Assembly: GCA_024790105.1 (NCBI GenBank)
Contig: GCA_024790105.1_3053.1
DNA: 64,000 bases
Reading direction: 5' to 3' (one strand)
DNA from: a phage
Part shown: positions 39,798 to 49,273 of the stretch, piece after piece
Position numbering within the stretch: the stretch's first letter is position 1
Layout of the letters: the number at the start of each line of letters is the position of its first letter
Made by a program: the position numbers and the translations under genes
Notes under the pieces: model-generated
Told to the model about the DNA's origin: nothing
Seen by the model: the letters and a program-made list of their open reading frames with translations, nothing else
The model's database searches: none

Positions 39798-40928
39798 TTA
39801 TGGATAGGTATAGATGATACCAGTTTCTAAAGCAGTTTTGTGAATGATGTATCCATTACGCGATTCTTGGACATCAACTTCTGGATAATCTTTCATCATC
39901 TTCTGAAGAGTGTAACGATGTAAGTAGTACTTACTATCTGGATCTTCAGTTTTCCAATCTTTACCTTCTTCAGTCATTTTTTGAATTTCATCCATAACCC
40001 ACCAACCGCACCAGATGTAAGCTGAAGTACGATGTGGAAGAGGATGAACATAAGGCAATTCACCTTCTGGTTCCGGAGCAACTTTATCAGTCACCTGAAC
40101 TTGGCCTGTTGCTTTAACTGTTTTACTATCATAGTCAGTTGCTGTAACGACAGCAGTAACTTCAATAGTTTGACTTCCAATAGATGAGGTATCAACAGTA
40201 TATACGTTAGTTGACCCTTCCACAGGAGAAGAATCTTTCTTCCATGAATACGTAATTTGTGCTTCTTCCGGAGCATCCGTAACGTTAGCAGTAAATGTAG
40301 CTGAAGCATCTTGCTGAACATTAATAGAAGGAGGAGTCAATGTAACCTGTGGATTCATTGTCTTCTTATTAACTGTCAATGATACTTCATTGGAAGTAAC
40401 TTCCTTTGCATCATAATCTGTCGCGGTTACTTGAGCTACACACTTAATTGTTTTAACTCCGCTTGTGGAAGGAGTGTAATTGAATGTAGCAGAAGTTGCT
40501 TCGCCCACAGGAGAACCGTCAACGTACCATTGATACGTAGCAGATGCGCCCGATGGCTGTGAAGCTAAGGCAGCAGTAAATTCAACGGCTGTTCCGATTA
40601 CTCCTTCTGGAGGACTATTAGGAGTTACAGCTAAGGTAGTTGTCTGTGTCTTATTTTGAACTGTGATAGTTGTAGTAGCTTCTGCTGTTTCAGCATCAGT
40701 ATCTGGAATTGTATTTGTTGCAACCACCTTAATAGTCTTTTGACCGGCAGGTCCTTTTAGTACATAACTAAAAGTTGCTTCAGCCCCATCTTGTGGAACA
40801 TTATCTACAGTCCAAGCATATGTAATAGGTCCATCTCCAGTTTGACCACTGGGTGTAGCAGTAAACTGCTGAGTCTGATCTATAACTCCAGTAGGTGTTT
40901 TAGGAGTTATATCAACTGTAAAAGCCAT
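39798..40928 (-). CDS. hoc: highly immunogenic outer capsid protein Hoc
   Basis: 376 aa; repeated Ig-like segments (TATDYD motifs, T/V-rich beta repeats). Confidence 0.9.
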   Translation of the reverse strand: MAFTVDITPKTPTGVIDQTQQFTATPSGQTGDGPITYAWTVDNVPQDGAEATFSYVLKGPAGQKTIKVVATNTIPDTDAETAEATTTITVQNKTQTTTLAVTPNSPPEGVIGTAVEFTAALASQPSGASATYQWYVDGSPVGEATSATFNYTPSTSGVKTIKCVAQVTATDYDAKEVTSNEVSLTVNKKTMNPQVTLTPPSINVQQDASATFTANVTDAPEEAQITYSWKKDSSPVEGSTNVYTVDTSSIGSQTIEVTAVVTATDYDSKTVKATGQVQVTDKVAPEPEGELPYVHPLPHRTSAYIWCGWWVMDEIQKMTEEGKDWKTEDPDSKYYLHRYTLQKMMKDYPEVDVQESRNGYIIHKTALETGIIYTYP

Positions 40929-40937
40929 AAGTTATCC

Positions 40938-41618
40938 TTATTTTAATGTTACGAAAGAAGAATTACGTGTTTCACGAATTAGAACTGATCCGTCGCGATT
41001 AATGTAATAAATTAAGCTAAATAAAGTTTGGTGCGCCGACGCGTGTTCAAAACTAGTTGGGTGAGATTTCCAATCCGGAGTTTCAGCAATCCACTGGTAA
41101 ATCCACCAAGGAACGGTGCAGAATCCTGGATTTTTTCCAATCAGCTGAAGATTCGGACTAAAGTTTTCCGGAAGAGTAAATACAGACGGCTTTTCAGATT
41201 CAATAATCTCAGCTACAGCCTGCTCGAATTTTTCTTCAACAAAAGGAGTATCTTCAATCAAAACATCGGTATTTTCAGGAATTTTATCCGTTTCTACTAC
41301 TTCAATTTTAATATCAGATTTAACTGGAGAATCAATCAGAAGTGCTGCTTCTGGATTAACTTCTTCATCGTCATATTTTAATCCCTCTGCAGCATCAGCA
41401 GCATCAATTAAGTCTTTAATAGATAACCCATCAGTCTCTGGCATAGGTTCACTAGCGAGCTTCTGGAGGGCTTCTTCAATATCAGCAACGATATTATCAA
41501 AAGATTTATTCTTTTTGACCTTTATACCAAACTGTTCAGCATATTCAGCTAATTTAGCTTTAGCTTCTTTATTATCATCAAGAGCCTTCAGCTCTGCAAT
41601 ATAATCTTTATCTATCAT
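40938..41618 (-). CDS. inh: Inh, inhibitor of prohead protease
   Basis: 226 aa; position between hoc and uvsW region. Confidence 0.7.
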   Translation of the reverse strand: MIDKDYIAELKALDDNKEAKAKLAEYAEQFGIKVKKNKSFDNIVADIEEALQKLASEPMPETDGLSIKDLIDAADAAEGLKYDDEEVNPEAALLIDSPVKSDIKIEVVETDKIPENTDVLIEDTPFVEEKFEQAVAEIIESEKPSVFTLPENFSPNLQLIGKNPGFCTVPWWIYQWIAETPDWKSHPTSFEHASAHQTLFSLIYYINRDGSVLIRETRNSSFVTLK

Positions 41619-41631
41619 AATATTTCCTCAG

Positions 41632-41639
41632 TATAAATA
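41632..41639 (+). promoter_or_regulatory. late-promoter-like TATAAATA upstream of the GIY-YIG gene
   Basis: exact TATAAATA 28 nt upstream of ATG 41668. Confidence 0.45.
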
Positions 41640-41667
41640 TAGATATATTTATTACTCGGAAAATAGT

Positions 41668-42285
41668 ATGTACCACTTTGTATATGAAACAACAAATCTA
41701 ATAAATGGTAAAAAGTATATAGGAAAACACTCTACTGATGACTTGAATGATGGTTACCTTGGTTCCGGTAAGGCAATTCAGCAGGCTATAAAGAAATATG
41801 GTGAAAACAATTTCTCTAGAACAATACTAAAAGAGTTTAAAACTTCCGAAGAAGCGTACATGTATGAAGAAGAAATTATAACTCCTGAAATAATAAAAAG
41901 CAAAAATTATTATAATATGAAACCCGGTGGAATTGGTGGAATTGTTATGACTACAGAGGTTATAGCAAAGATGAAAGAATCTTCCGCTAAGAGATTTGAA
42001 AACTCACCGGGCACGGTATTAGGTACAACTTGTTACACTAATGGAACTAAAAATATTTTTATTAAACCTGGAGAACTTGTTCCAGAAGGATTTGTAAAAG
42101 GGATGGTTCATCCTAATAGAAAGTCCAGAAAAGGATGTAAAGTCAAACCGACTACCACAGGAACTTTTTGGGTCAATAATGGTGCAATAAATAAATTAAT
42201 ACAGCCAGACGGTATTATTCCCGACGGATTTATTAAAGGTCGTCTCATGAAAAGAGATTCTAAAGGCAAATTTAGTAAGGCATAA
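41668..42285 (+). CDS. segE: GIY-YIG homing endonuclease (SegE-like)
   Basis: MYHFVYETTNLINGKKYIGKH GIY-YIG motif; 205 aa; sits immediately upstream of uvsW. Confidence 0.75.
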   Translation: MYHFVYETTNLINGKKYIGKHSTDDLNDGYLGSGKAIQQAIKKYGENNFSRTILKEFKTSEEAYMYEEEIITPEIIKSKNYYNMKPGGIGGIVMTTEVIAKMKESSAKRFENSPGTVLGTTCYTNGTKNIFIKPGELVPEGFVKGMVHPNRKSRKGCKVKPTTTGTFWVNNGAINKLIQPDGIIPDGFIKGRLMKRDSKGKFSKA

Positions 42286-42287
42286 TT

Positions 42288-43796
42288 ATGGATATTAAAG
42301 TACATTTTCACGACTTCAGTCATGTACGCATCGATTGTGAAGAGAGCACGTTCCACGAATTAAGAGATTTCTTTTCGTTTGAGGCCGATGGATATAGATT
42401 TAACCCTCGCTTCAGATATGGCAACTGGGATGGACGAATCCGTCTTTTAGATTATAATCGTCTTCTTCCATTCGGCTTAGTCGGGCAAATTAAAAAGTTC
42501 TGTGATAACTTTGGCTATAAAGCCTGGATTGACCCACAAATTAACGAAAAAGAAGAATTATCAAGAAAAGATTTTGATGAATGGCTTTCTAAATTAGAAA
42601 TCTATTCAGGAAATAAAAGAATTGAACCACATTGGTATCAAAAAGATGCAGTGTTCGAAGGATTAGTTAATCGTCGTAGAATTCTTAATCTTCCAACATC
42701 CGCTGGTAAATCGTTAATTCAAGCTTTGCTTGCGCGATATTATTTGGAAAATTACGAAGGTAAAATTCTTATCATTGTTCCAACAACTGCTCTAACAACT
42801 CAGATGGCTGATGACTTTGTTGACTATCGTTTATTCAGTCATGCAATGATAAAGAAAATTGGTGGCGGAGCATCAAAAGATGATAAATGTAAAAATGATG
42901 CACCAGTCATTGTTGGTACATGGCAAACTGTAGTTAAACAGCCCAAAGAGTGGTTTTCTCAGTTTGGAATGATGATGAATGATGAATGCCATCTTGCTAC
43001 AGGAAAAAGTATTTCATCTATCATATCAGGTTTAAATAACTGCATGTTCAAATTCGGTTTGTCTGGTTCATTACGTGATGGCAAAGCCAATATCATGCAG
43101 TATGTTGGAATGTTTGGTGAAATATTTAAGCCAGTAACGACTTCTAAGTTAATGGAAGATGGACAAGTAACTGAGCTAAAAATTAATAGTATTTTTCTTC
43201 GCTATCCCGATGAGTTCACTACTAAATTAAAGGGAAAAACTTACCAAGAAGAAATAAAAATTATTACTGGGCTCAGTAAAAGAAATAAATGGATCGCTAA
43301 ATTAGCTATTAAGCTTGCGCAAAAAGATGAAAACGCTTTTGTCATGTTTAAACATGTATCACATGGTAAAGCTATTTTCGATTTAATTAAAAATGAATAC
43401 GATAAAGTTTATTACGTATCAGGGGAAGTTGATACCGAAACCCGCAACGTAATGAAAACTTTAGCTGAAAACGGTAAAGGAATAATTATAGTAGCTAGTT
43501 ATGGCGTATTTTCTACTGGTATTTCAGTTAAAAATCTGCATCATGTTGTTTTAGCGCACGGCGTTAAATCAAAAATTATTGTATTACAAACAATCGGTCG
43601 TGTATTACGTAAGCATGGTTCTAAGACAATAGCAACAGTCTGGGACCTCATAGATGACGCGGGTGTAGTTTCTAAATCAAAAACATCTTCTAAAAAATAC
43701 TCGCATTTAAACTATCTTTTAAAACATGGACTTGATCGTATTCAGCGTTATGCTGATGAAAAGTTTAATTATGTGATGAAAGAGGTTAAACTTTGA
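42288..43796 (+). CDS. uvsW: UvsW DNA/RNA helicase
   Basis: 502 aa; Walker A PTSAGKS, DECH box MMNDECH. Confidence 0.9.
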   Translation: MDIKVHFHDFSHVRIDCEESTFHELRDFFSFEADGYRFNPRFRYGNWDGRIRLLDYNRLLPFGLVGQIKKFCDNFGYKAWIDPQINEKEELSRKDFDEWLSKLEIYSGNKRIEPHWYQKDAVFEGLVNRRRILNLPTSAGKSLIQALLARYYLENYEGKILIIVPTTALTTQMADDFVDYRLFSHAMIKKIGGGASKDDKCKNDAPVIVGTWQTVVKQPKEWFSQFGMMMNDECHLATGKSISSIISGLNNCMFKFGLSGSLRDGKANIMQYVGMFGEIFKPVTTSKLMEDGQVTELKINSIFLRYPDEFTTKLKGKTYQEEIKIITGLSKRNKWIAKLAIKLAQKDENAFVMFKHVSHGKAIFDLIKNEYDKVYYVSGEVDTETRNVMKTLAENGKGIIIVASYGVFSTGISVKNLHHVVLAHGVKSKIIVLQTIGRVLRKHGSKTIATVWDLIDDAGVVSKSKTSSKKYSHLNYLLKHGLDRIQRYADEKFNYVMKEVKL

Positions 43797-44485
43797 ATTA
43801 TAAATTAATATATGATAATTTAATTAATAGAGCCCAGAATCGGGCTCGCATTAGTGGATACACTGAAACTCATCATATAATTCCTAGATGTATGGGTGGT
43901 ACAGATGATAAGTGTAATTTAGTAGAACTAACGGCTGAAGAACATTTTATAGCCCATAAACTTTTAGCTAAAATTCATCCAAACCATTACGGTATAATTA
44001 AAGCTGTTATATGTATGGGGATGAATTCAAATACTCATGAAAGACACGTTAATAAATCTTACGCATGGGAACGTCGTAAAATGGCAGAACTTCAATCCGG
44101 CGAAGGTAATCCATTTTACGGAAAACACCATACGGAAGAACATAAACAATATATGTCAAAACTCATGAAAAGTCGTCCAATTACATGGGGAAATAAAATT
44201 AGTAAAACTAAAAGAATGAACCCAACGAAATGGACTGAAGAAGCTAAAAGATTACATTCAATCAATCAATCGGGTAAAAATAACGGCATGTATGGAAGGA
44301 AACATTCCGCTAAATCTATTCAGAAAATTAAAGATAACATGCCGGATAATTCAGGAGCTAATAACCCAGCTGCTAAACCTATAGAAGTAAATGGTGTTAA
44401 ATATAAATGTATGAAAGATGCTTCTAAAGCTACTGGATTATCAATGTACAAACTAAGAATACTTAGAAAAACAGTTAATTTATAA
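43793..44485 (+). CDS. HNH family homing endonuclease (Mob-like), paralog of 22387-23199
   Basis: N-terminus MNYKLIYDNLINRAQNR...HHIIPRCMGGTDDKCNLVELTAEEHFIAH parallels the other HNH ORF; overlaps uvsW stop. Confidence 0.8.
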   Translation: MNYKLIYDNLINRAQNRARISGYTETHHIIPRCMGGTDDKCNLVELTAEEHFIAHKLLAKIHPNHYGIIKAVICMGMNSNTHERHVNKSYAWERRKMAELQSGEGNPFYGKHHTEEHKQYMSKLMKSRPITWGNKISKTKRMNPTKWTEEAKRLHSINQSGKNNGMYGRKHSAKSIQKIKDNMPDNSGANNPAAKPIEVNGVKYKCMKDASKATGLSMYKLRILRKTVNL

Positions 44486-44510
44486 GGGCTTCGGCCCTTT
44501 GGAGAAAAAG

Positions 44511-44741
44511 ATGTTACTAGGATTTAAACAATTTCTTTATGAAGCTTCTATTGATGAATTTATGGGTAAAATTGCCTCTTGCCAAACATTAGAAGGTTTA
44601 GAAGAACTTGAAGCTTATTATAAGAAAAGAGTTAAAGAAACTGAATTAAAAGATACTGATGACATCTCTGTAAGAGATGCTTTGGCAGGAAAAAGAGCTG
44701 AATTAGAAGATTCAGACGATGAAGTAGAAGAAAGCTTTTAA
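44511..44741 (+). CDS. uvsW.1: UvsW.1-like small acidic protein
   Basis: ATG at 44511 after GGAGAAAAAG gives 76 aa. Confidence 0.6.
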   Translation: MLLGFKQFLYEASIDEFMGKIASCQTLEGLEELEAYYKKRVKETELKDTDDISVRDALAGKRAELEDSDDEVEESF

Positions 44742-44797
44742 ATTAAAAAAAGGCCCAACCAAAAAGGAAGGGCCAAAACTATAGACTAAAGGTCACA

Positions 44798-44965
44798 CTA
44801 TAGCAAAAGTTGTGTTTCATTTAATTGTTCTTCCGAACTTTCTGAAACTGGTAGTTCTTTAATGTAATTATAGCAAGGCCCAGGATGTACAGGACCTTTG
44901 TCTGTTTCAACAACCAATGCAGAATCGATTGGAGTTTTACAGACAACACAAATCTTATCTGACAT
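44798..44965 (-). CDS. small Cys-containing protein (T4 uvsY.-2 position)
   Basis: internal ATG with GGAGA RBS (MSDKICVVCK...); CxxC...C motif. Confidence 0.5.
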   Translation of the reverse strand: MSDKICVVCKTPIDSALVVETDKGPVHPGPCYNYIKELPVSESSEEQLNETQLLL

Positions 44966-44990
44966 GATTGTCTCCTTTTGAATATAGTAA

Positions 44991-44998
44991 TATTTATA
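44991..44998 (-). promoter_or_regulatory. late promoter TATAAATA (minus strand)
   Basis: exact TATAAATA on minus strand ~26 nt upstream of the 44965 start. Confidence 0.5.
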
Positions 44999-45088
44999 AA
45001 CCCATTTTAATCCGCATTTCTTGTACACGGATTAAGCAGGCTTCCATCTCTGCTAATAGTCGAAATACTTCTTTATAATCTGTCATAT

Positions 45089-45316
45089 TTACCCCATATC
45101 TCTCATATGCATATCAATGCCCATATCTTTAGAATAAAAATATTCATCAAGATATCCGGCAAATTTTCCTTTAATATAAAGGACATCTTCACCACACGGG
45201 TGGTCGGCCAGGATACGAATATCCTGACGCTTAAGATTATGCTTTTTCATTAAGAATTGAATTTCCGTTTCAAATTCTTCTTCATAATTAAAAGCATCAT
45301 CAATGTTATATCTCAT
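45089..45316 (-). CDS. hypothetical protein (T4 uvsY.-1 position)
   Basis: 75-aa ORF; synteny. Confidence 0.5.
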   Translation of the reverse strand: MRYNIDDAFNYEEEFETEIQFLMKKHNLKRQDIRILADHPCGEDVLYIKGKFAGYLDEYFYSKDMGIDMHMRDMG

Positions 45317-45729
45317 TATTTTCCAGCCTCAAATGCCCGCATGTCTTGAATATGCTTAATAGCAAATCCACGTGATTTGATAGCATCAAGAGCTCCACTG
45401 CAGAAATCTAATAAAATCCCCCAATACTGTAACGAGGTATCAACCTTTAAAACATCCTTATCAGCTGATAGAACTGTCTTCATTTCTGATTTCTCGTAAC
45501 GATCCATACTAAATTCATCACCATCTCCTCGTCCCGAGTAGTAGTCTAATCTAGCTTTAAGAGCAACTTTTTTCTGTGCGTCAATTCTAAGCATTTCCTT
45601 TTTAATACTTGAATGCTTATTAAGCCATTTACTATATAACATTACATTGTTAGCTGCTTCATACTGTAATTTAGTCGAATCTATAAACACATCTTTCTTC
45701 AATTCTTCTTGAAGATCTTCTAATCTCAT
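45316..45729 (-). CDS. uvsY: UvsY recombination mediator
   Basis: 137 aa; synteny; MotA-type middle promoter upstream. Confidence 0.85.
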   Translation of the reverse strand: MRLEDLQEELKKDVFIDSTKLQYEAANNVMLYSKWLNKHSSIKKEMLRIDAQKKVALKARLDYYSGRGDGDEFSMDRYEKSEMKTVLSADKDVLKVDTSLQYWGILLDFCSGALDAIKSRGFAIKHIQDMRAFEAGK

Positions 45730-45764
45730 ATTGTTCTCTATTCAATTGTTATTGGATGGACTTA

Positions 45765-45796
45765 GATTCATTATACCACGTTTATACGTGAAGCAT
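45765..45796 (-). promoter_or_regulatory. MotA-dependent middle promoter of uvsY
   Basis: minus strand AATGCTTCA (MotA box) - 13 nt - TATAAT. Confidence 0.6.
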
Positions 45797-46194
45797 TATA
45801 CTCTATTACTGGAAGCCAGTTGCAGTTTTATCTGCTCAATATCATCGGGGTTATCGATGACCGAAAAGCGTATTTCTACTATTAGAGTATAATCATCATA
45901 AACGGGTATCACATTAACTGATAATTTATCAATACGTGGTTCATAGTTTCTTACTGCGCTTTCAATATTGCGCTCAACTGTGTCAGCAGTAAGAGGAGTC
46001 ATATTTTCAAAAAGCTGGTCTGATAAATCACATCCAAATTCAGGGTCAAACGGTCTTGAACCTTTTCTTGTTGTAATAATTCCCAAAAGACTGTTTTTAA
46101 TTGACCTTAATCCAAGTGATCTGGAAACATCTTTGTTCCAATCCATTTTCATTTCCGGGTCAATATCAGAATAAAGCTTATTAATATTTGCCAT
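45796..46194 (-). CDS. 25: baseplate wedge protein gp25
   Basis: 132 aa; synteny. Confidence 0.85.
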   Translation of the reverse strand: MANINKLYSDIDPEMKMDWNKDVSRSLGLRSIKNSLLGIITTRKGSRPFDPEFGCDLSDQLFENMTPLTADTVERNIESAVRNYEPRIDKLSVNVIPVYDDYTLIVEIRFSVIDNPDDIEQIKLQLASSNRV

Positions 46195-46820
46195 TATAAT
46201 AGCTCAAAGAATTCTTTGAGTCCTCTTATTACATGAGCGTGAGTTTTTCCACACTCTGGACATTTAATTGGAACAGCCAAATAAACGGTAGGCTTTAAAA
46301 GCATATCTTTTATAGCTACAATATCTGACTCTGTGATGATAGAATATAAATCTTCCAGTTCTTTTTCATTTAAGTCTTCAACTGGAATGCTTTCCCCGTT
46401 AGCGTGAATCGTTTCTATGCATGATACTATCATGTGGGCTATATTTTTATCATCAAAAATTTTAGGGTATCGGAATTTAATTTTAATGTCACCTAGTGTA
46501 TACCAGAGGTCTTCTGGTGCATCTATTTGTGCATGTAATAGATTTATATGGGTTGGTATTTCAGTTCCACAGGTGCACTTCCAGGAGTTTTCGTGATTAA
46601 CTTCGCCGAGAGAATGTGCCCATAAATGAATCAACAATAGTTCTGATTCTTGGCGGTTTAAATCTTTTGCATTTGTGCAGTCTTTGATTAGCTTTTTAAC
46701 AATTACTTCTACAGAACCATTATTTTTGGCAGTAATAAGTTCTAGATATTCTTTAAGCGTGAATGCGCGACAATTGATTATTTTAGAACCAACTCTCACA
46801 TCAAATTTGTATTCATACAT
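46194..46820 (-). CDS. 26: baseplate hub protein gp26
   Basis: 208 aa; synteny. Confidence 0.8.
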   Translation of the reverse strand: MYEYKFDVRVGSKIINCRAFTLKEYLELITAKNNGSVEVIVKKLIKDCTNAKDLNRQESELLLIHLWAHSLGEVNHENSWKCTCGTEIPTHINLLHAQIDAPEDLWYTLGDIKIKFRYPKIFDDKNIAHMIVSCIETIHANGESIPVEDLNEKELEDLYSIITESDIVAIKDMLLKPTVYLAVPIKCPECGKTHAHVIRGLKEFFELL

Positions 46821-46841
46821 ATTTAGCTCCTTTATTTATCA

Positions 46842-46853
46842 TATTTATAAATA
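46842..46853. promoter_or_regulatory. overlapping divergent late promoters (TATAAATA on both strands) for genes 26 and 51
   Basis: TATTTATAAATA: TATAAATA readable on plus (46846-46853) and minus (46842-46849). Confidence 0.55.
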
Positions 46854-46870
46854 GAATAAAAGGAGCATCT

Positions 46871-47620
46871 ATGGCAAACATTATTCGTTGTAAATTACCA
46901 GATGGTGTTCATCGTTTTAAACCATTTACGGTAGAAGATTATCGAGATTTTTTGTTAGTTCGAAACGATATAGAACATCGGTCACCACAAGAACAAAAAG
47001 AAATAATTACTGATTTAATTGATGATTATTTTGGAGACTATCCGAAGACTTGGCAACCATTTATATTTTTGCAGGTATTTGTAGGGTCAATAGGTAAAAC
47101 AAAAGTACCAGTCACATTTGTATGTCCAAAATGTAAAAAAGAAAAGACAGTTCCATTTGAAATATACCAAAAAGAATTAAAGGAGCCTGTTTTTGATGTA
47201 GCTAATGTTAAAATTAAATTAAAGTTTCCTTCTGAGTTTTATGAAAATAAAGCAAAGATGATTACTGAAAATATTCATTCTGTTCAAGTAGATGAAACTT
47301 GGTATGATTGGAAGGAAATTAGCGAGTCCAGTCAAATAGAACTCGTTGACGCCATCGAGATAGAAACATTAGAAAAAATTCTCGATGCAATGAATCCTAT
47401 TAATTTAACTCTACATATGTCATGCTGTAATAAGTACATTAAAAAATACACTGATATAGTAGACGTGTTTAAGCTATTAGTTAACCCAGATGAGATATTT
47501 ACTTTTTATCAAATTAATCACACACTCGTAAAAAGTAATTATAGCTTAAATTCAATAATGAAAATGATTCCTGCTGAGCGCGGATTCGTATTAAAACTGA
47601 TTGAGAAGGATAAACAATAA
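46871..47620 (+). CDS. 51: baseplate hub assembly protein gp51
   Basis: 249 aa; synteny. Confidence 0.8.
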   Translation: MANIIRCKLPDGVHRFKPFTVEDYRDFLLVRNDIEHRSPQEQKEIITDLIDDYFGDYPKTWQPFIFLQVFVGSIGKTKVPVTFVCPKCKKEKTVPFEIYQKELKEPVFDVANVKIKLKFPSEFYENKAKMITENIHSVQVDETWYDWKEISESSQIELVDAIEIETLEKILDAMNPINLTLHMSCCNKYIKKYTDIVDVFKLLVNPDEIFTFYQINHTLVKSNYSLNSIMKMIPAERGFVLKLIEKDKQ

Positions 47621-48795
47621 TGAGTATGTTGCAACGCCCCGGATATCCAAATCTCAGCGTTAAATTATTTGATAGCTACGACGCTTGGAGTAATAATAGA
47701 TTTGTTGAATTAGCTGCTACTATTACTACATTAACTATGCGGGATTCTCTTTATGGCCGAAATGAAGGAATGCTGCAGTTTTATGATTCTAAAAACATCC
47801 ATACAAAAATGGATGGAAATGAAATAATTCAGATTTCTGTAGCTAATGCAAATGATATTAATAATGTTAAAACACGAATTTATGGATGTAAGCATTTTTC
47901 CGTGTCAGTAGATTCAAAAGGTGATAACATCATTGCTATTGAATTGGGAACTATTCATTCTATAGAAAATCTTAAATTTGGTAGACCATTTTTCCCTGAT
48001 GCAGGTGAATCTATAAAAGAAATGCTTGGCGTCATTTATCAAGACCGTACATTATTAACTCCAGCGATAAATGCTATAAATGCTTATGTTCCTGATATTC
48101 CATGGACTAGCACATTTGAAAACTATTTGTCATATGTAAGAGAAGTTGCTCTAGCTGTAGGAAGCGACAAATTTGTATTTGTATGGCAAGACATCATGGG
48201 AGTTAACATGATGGACTATGATATGATGATAAATCAAGAACCATATCCAATGATTGTCGGTGAGCCATCTTTAATAGGTCAATTCATCCAAGAATTAAAA
48301 TATCCATTAGCATATGATTTTGTTTGGTTGACTAAATCGAATCCTCACAAACGTGACCCAATGAAAAATGCTACTATCTATGCTCATTCATTTTTAGATT
48401 CTTCATTGCCAATGATTACTACAGGAAAGGGCGAAAACTCTATTGTAGTGTCAAGGTCAGGTGCTTATTCTGAAATGACTTATAGGAATGGATATGAAGA
48501 AGCTATTCGTCTTCAAACTATGGCGCAATATGACGGCTATGCTAAATGTTCTACTGTCGGTAATTTTAACTTGACTCCTGGTGTTAAAATTATTTTTAAT
48601 GATAGTAAAAACCAATTTAAAACAGAATTTTACGTTGATGAAGTTATCCATGAATTATCCAATAATAATTCAGTAACTCATCTATATATGTTCACTAATG
48701 CAACGAAACTGGAAACAATAGACCCAGTTAAGGTTAAAAATGAATTTAAATCTGATACTACCACTGAAGAAAGTAGTTCTTCCAATAAGCAATAA
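47620..48795 (+). CDS. 27: baseplate hub protein gp27
   Basis: 391 aa; synteny. Confidence 0.9.
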   Translation: MSMLQRPGYPNLSVKLFDSYDAWSNNRFVELAATITTLTMRDSLYGRNEGMLQFYDSKNIHTKMDGNEIIQISVANANDINNVKTRIYGCKHFSVSVDSKGDNIIAIELGTIHSIENLKFGRPFFPDAGESIKEMLGVIYQDRTLLTPAINAINAYVPDIPWTSTFENYLSYVREVALAVGSDKFVFVWQDIMGVNMMDYDMMINQEPYPMIVGEPSLIGQFIQELKYPLAYDFVWLTKSNPHKRDPMKNATIYAHSFLDSSLPMITTGKGENSIVVSRSGAYSEMTYRNGYEEAIRLQTMAQYDGYAKCSTVGNFNLTPGVKIIFNDSKNQFKTEFYVDEVIHELSNNNSVTHLYMFTNATKLETIDPVKVKNEFKSDTTTEESSSSNKQ

Positions 48796-49273
48796 AGAAG
48801 TTTCTATTCCTAAAATGGGTCTTAAACATTATAACATTTTAAAGGATGTTAAAGGTCCTGATGAAAATTTAAAACTTCTTATTGATTCTATTTGTCCGAA
48901 TTTATCACCGGCAGAAGTTGATTTCGTTTCTATTCATTTATTGGAATTTAATGGAAAGATTAAATCTCGTAAAGAAATAGATGGCTATACTTATGACATT
49001 AATGATGTCTATGTATGCCAAAGATTAGAATTTCAATACCAAGGAAATACATTTTATTTTAGACCTCCTGGAAAATTTGAACAATTTTTAACGGTGAGCG
49101 ATATGTTATCTAAATGCTTGCTTAAGGTCAATGATGAAGTTAAAGAAATTAATTTTCTTGAGATGCCAGCATTCGTTTTAAAATGGGCAAATGATATTTT
49201 TACAACTTTAGCAATTCCTGGCCCTAATGGTCCAATAACTGGAATTGGCAATATTATTGGATTATTTGAATGA
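48740..49273 (+). CDS. 28: baseplate hub distal protein gp28
   Basis: 177 aa; ATG at 48740 with AAGG RBS, overlapping the 3' end of gene 27 in another frame. Confidence 0.75.
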   Translation: MNLNLILPLKKVVLPISNKEVSIPKMGLKHYNILKDVKGPDENLKLLIDSICPNLSPAEVDFVSIHLLEFNGKIKSRKEIDGYTYDINDVYVCQRLEFQYQGNTFYFRPPGKFEQFLTVSDMLSKCLLKVNDEVKEINFLEMPAFVLKWANDIFTTLAIPGPNGPITGIGNIIGLFE

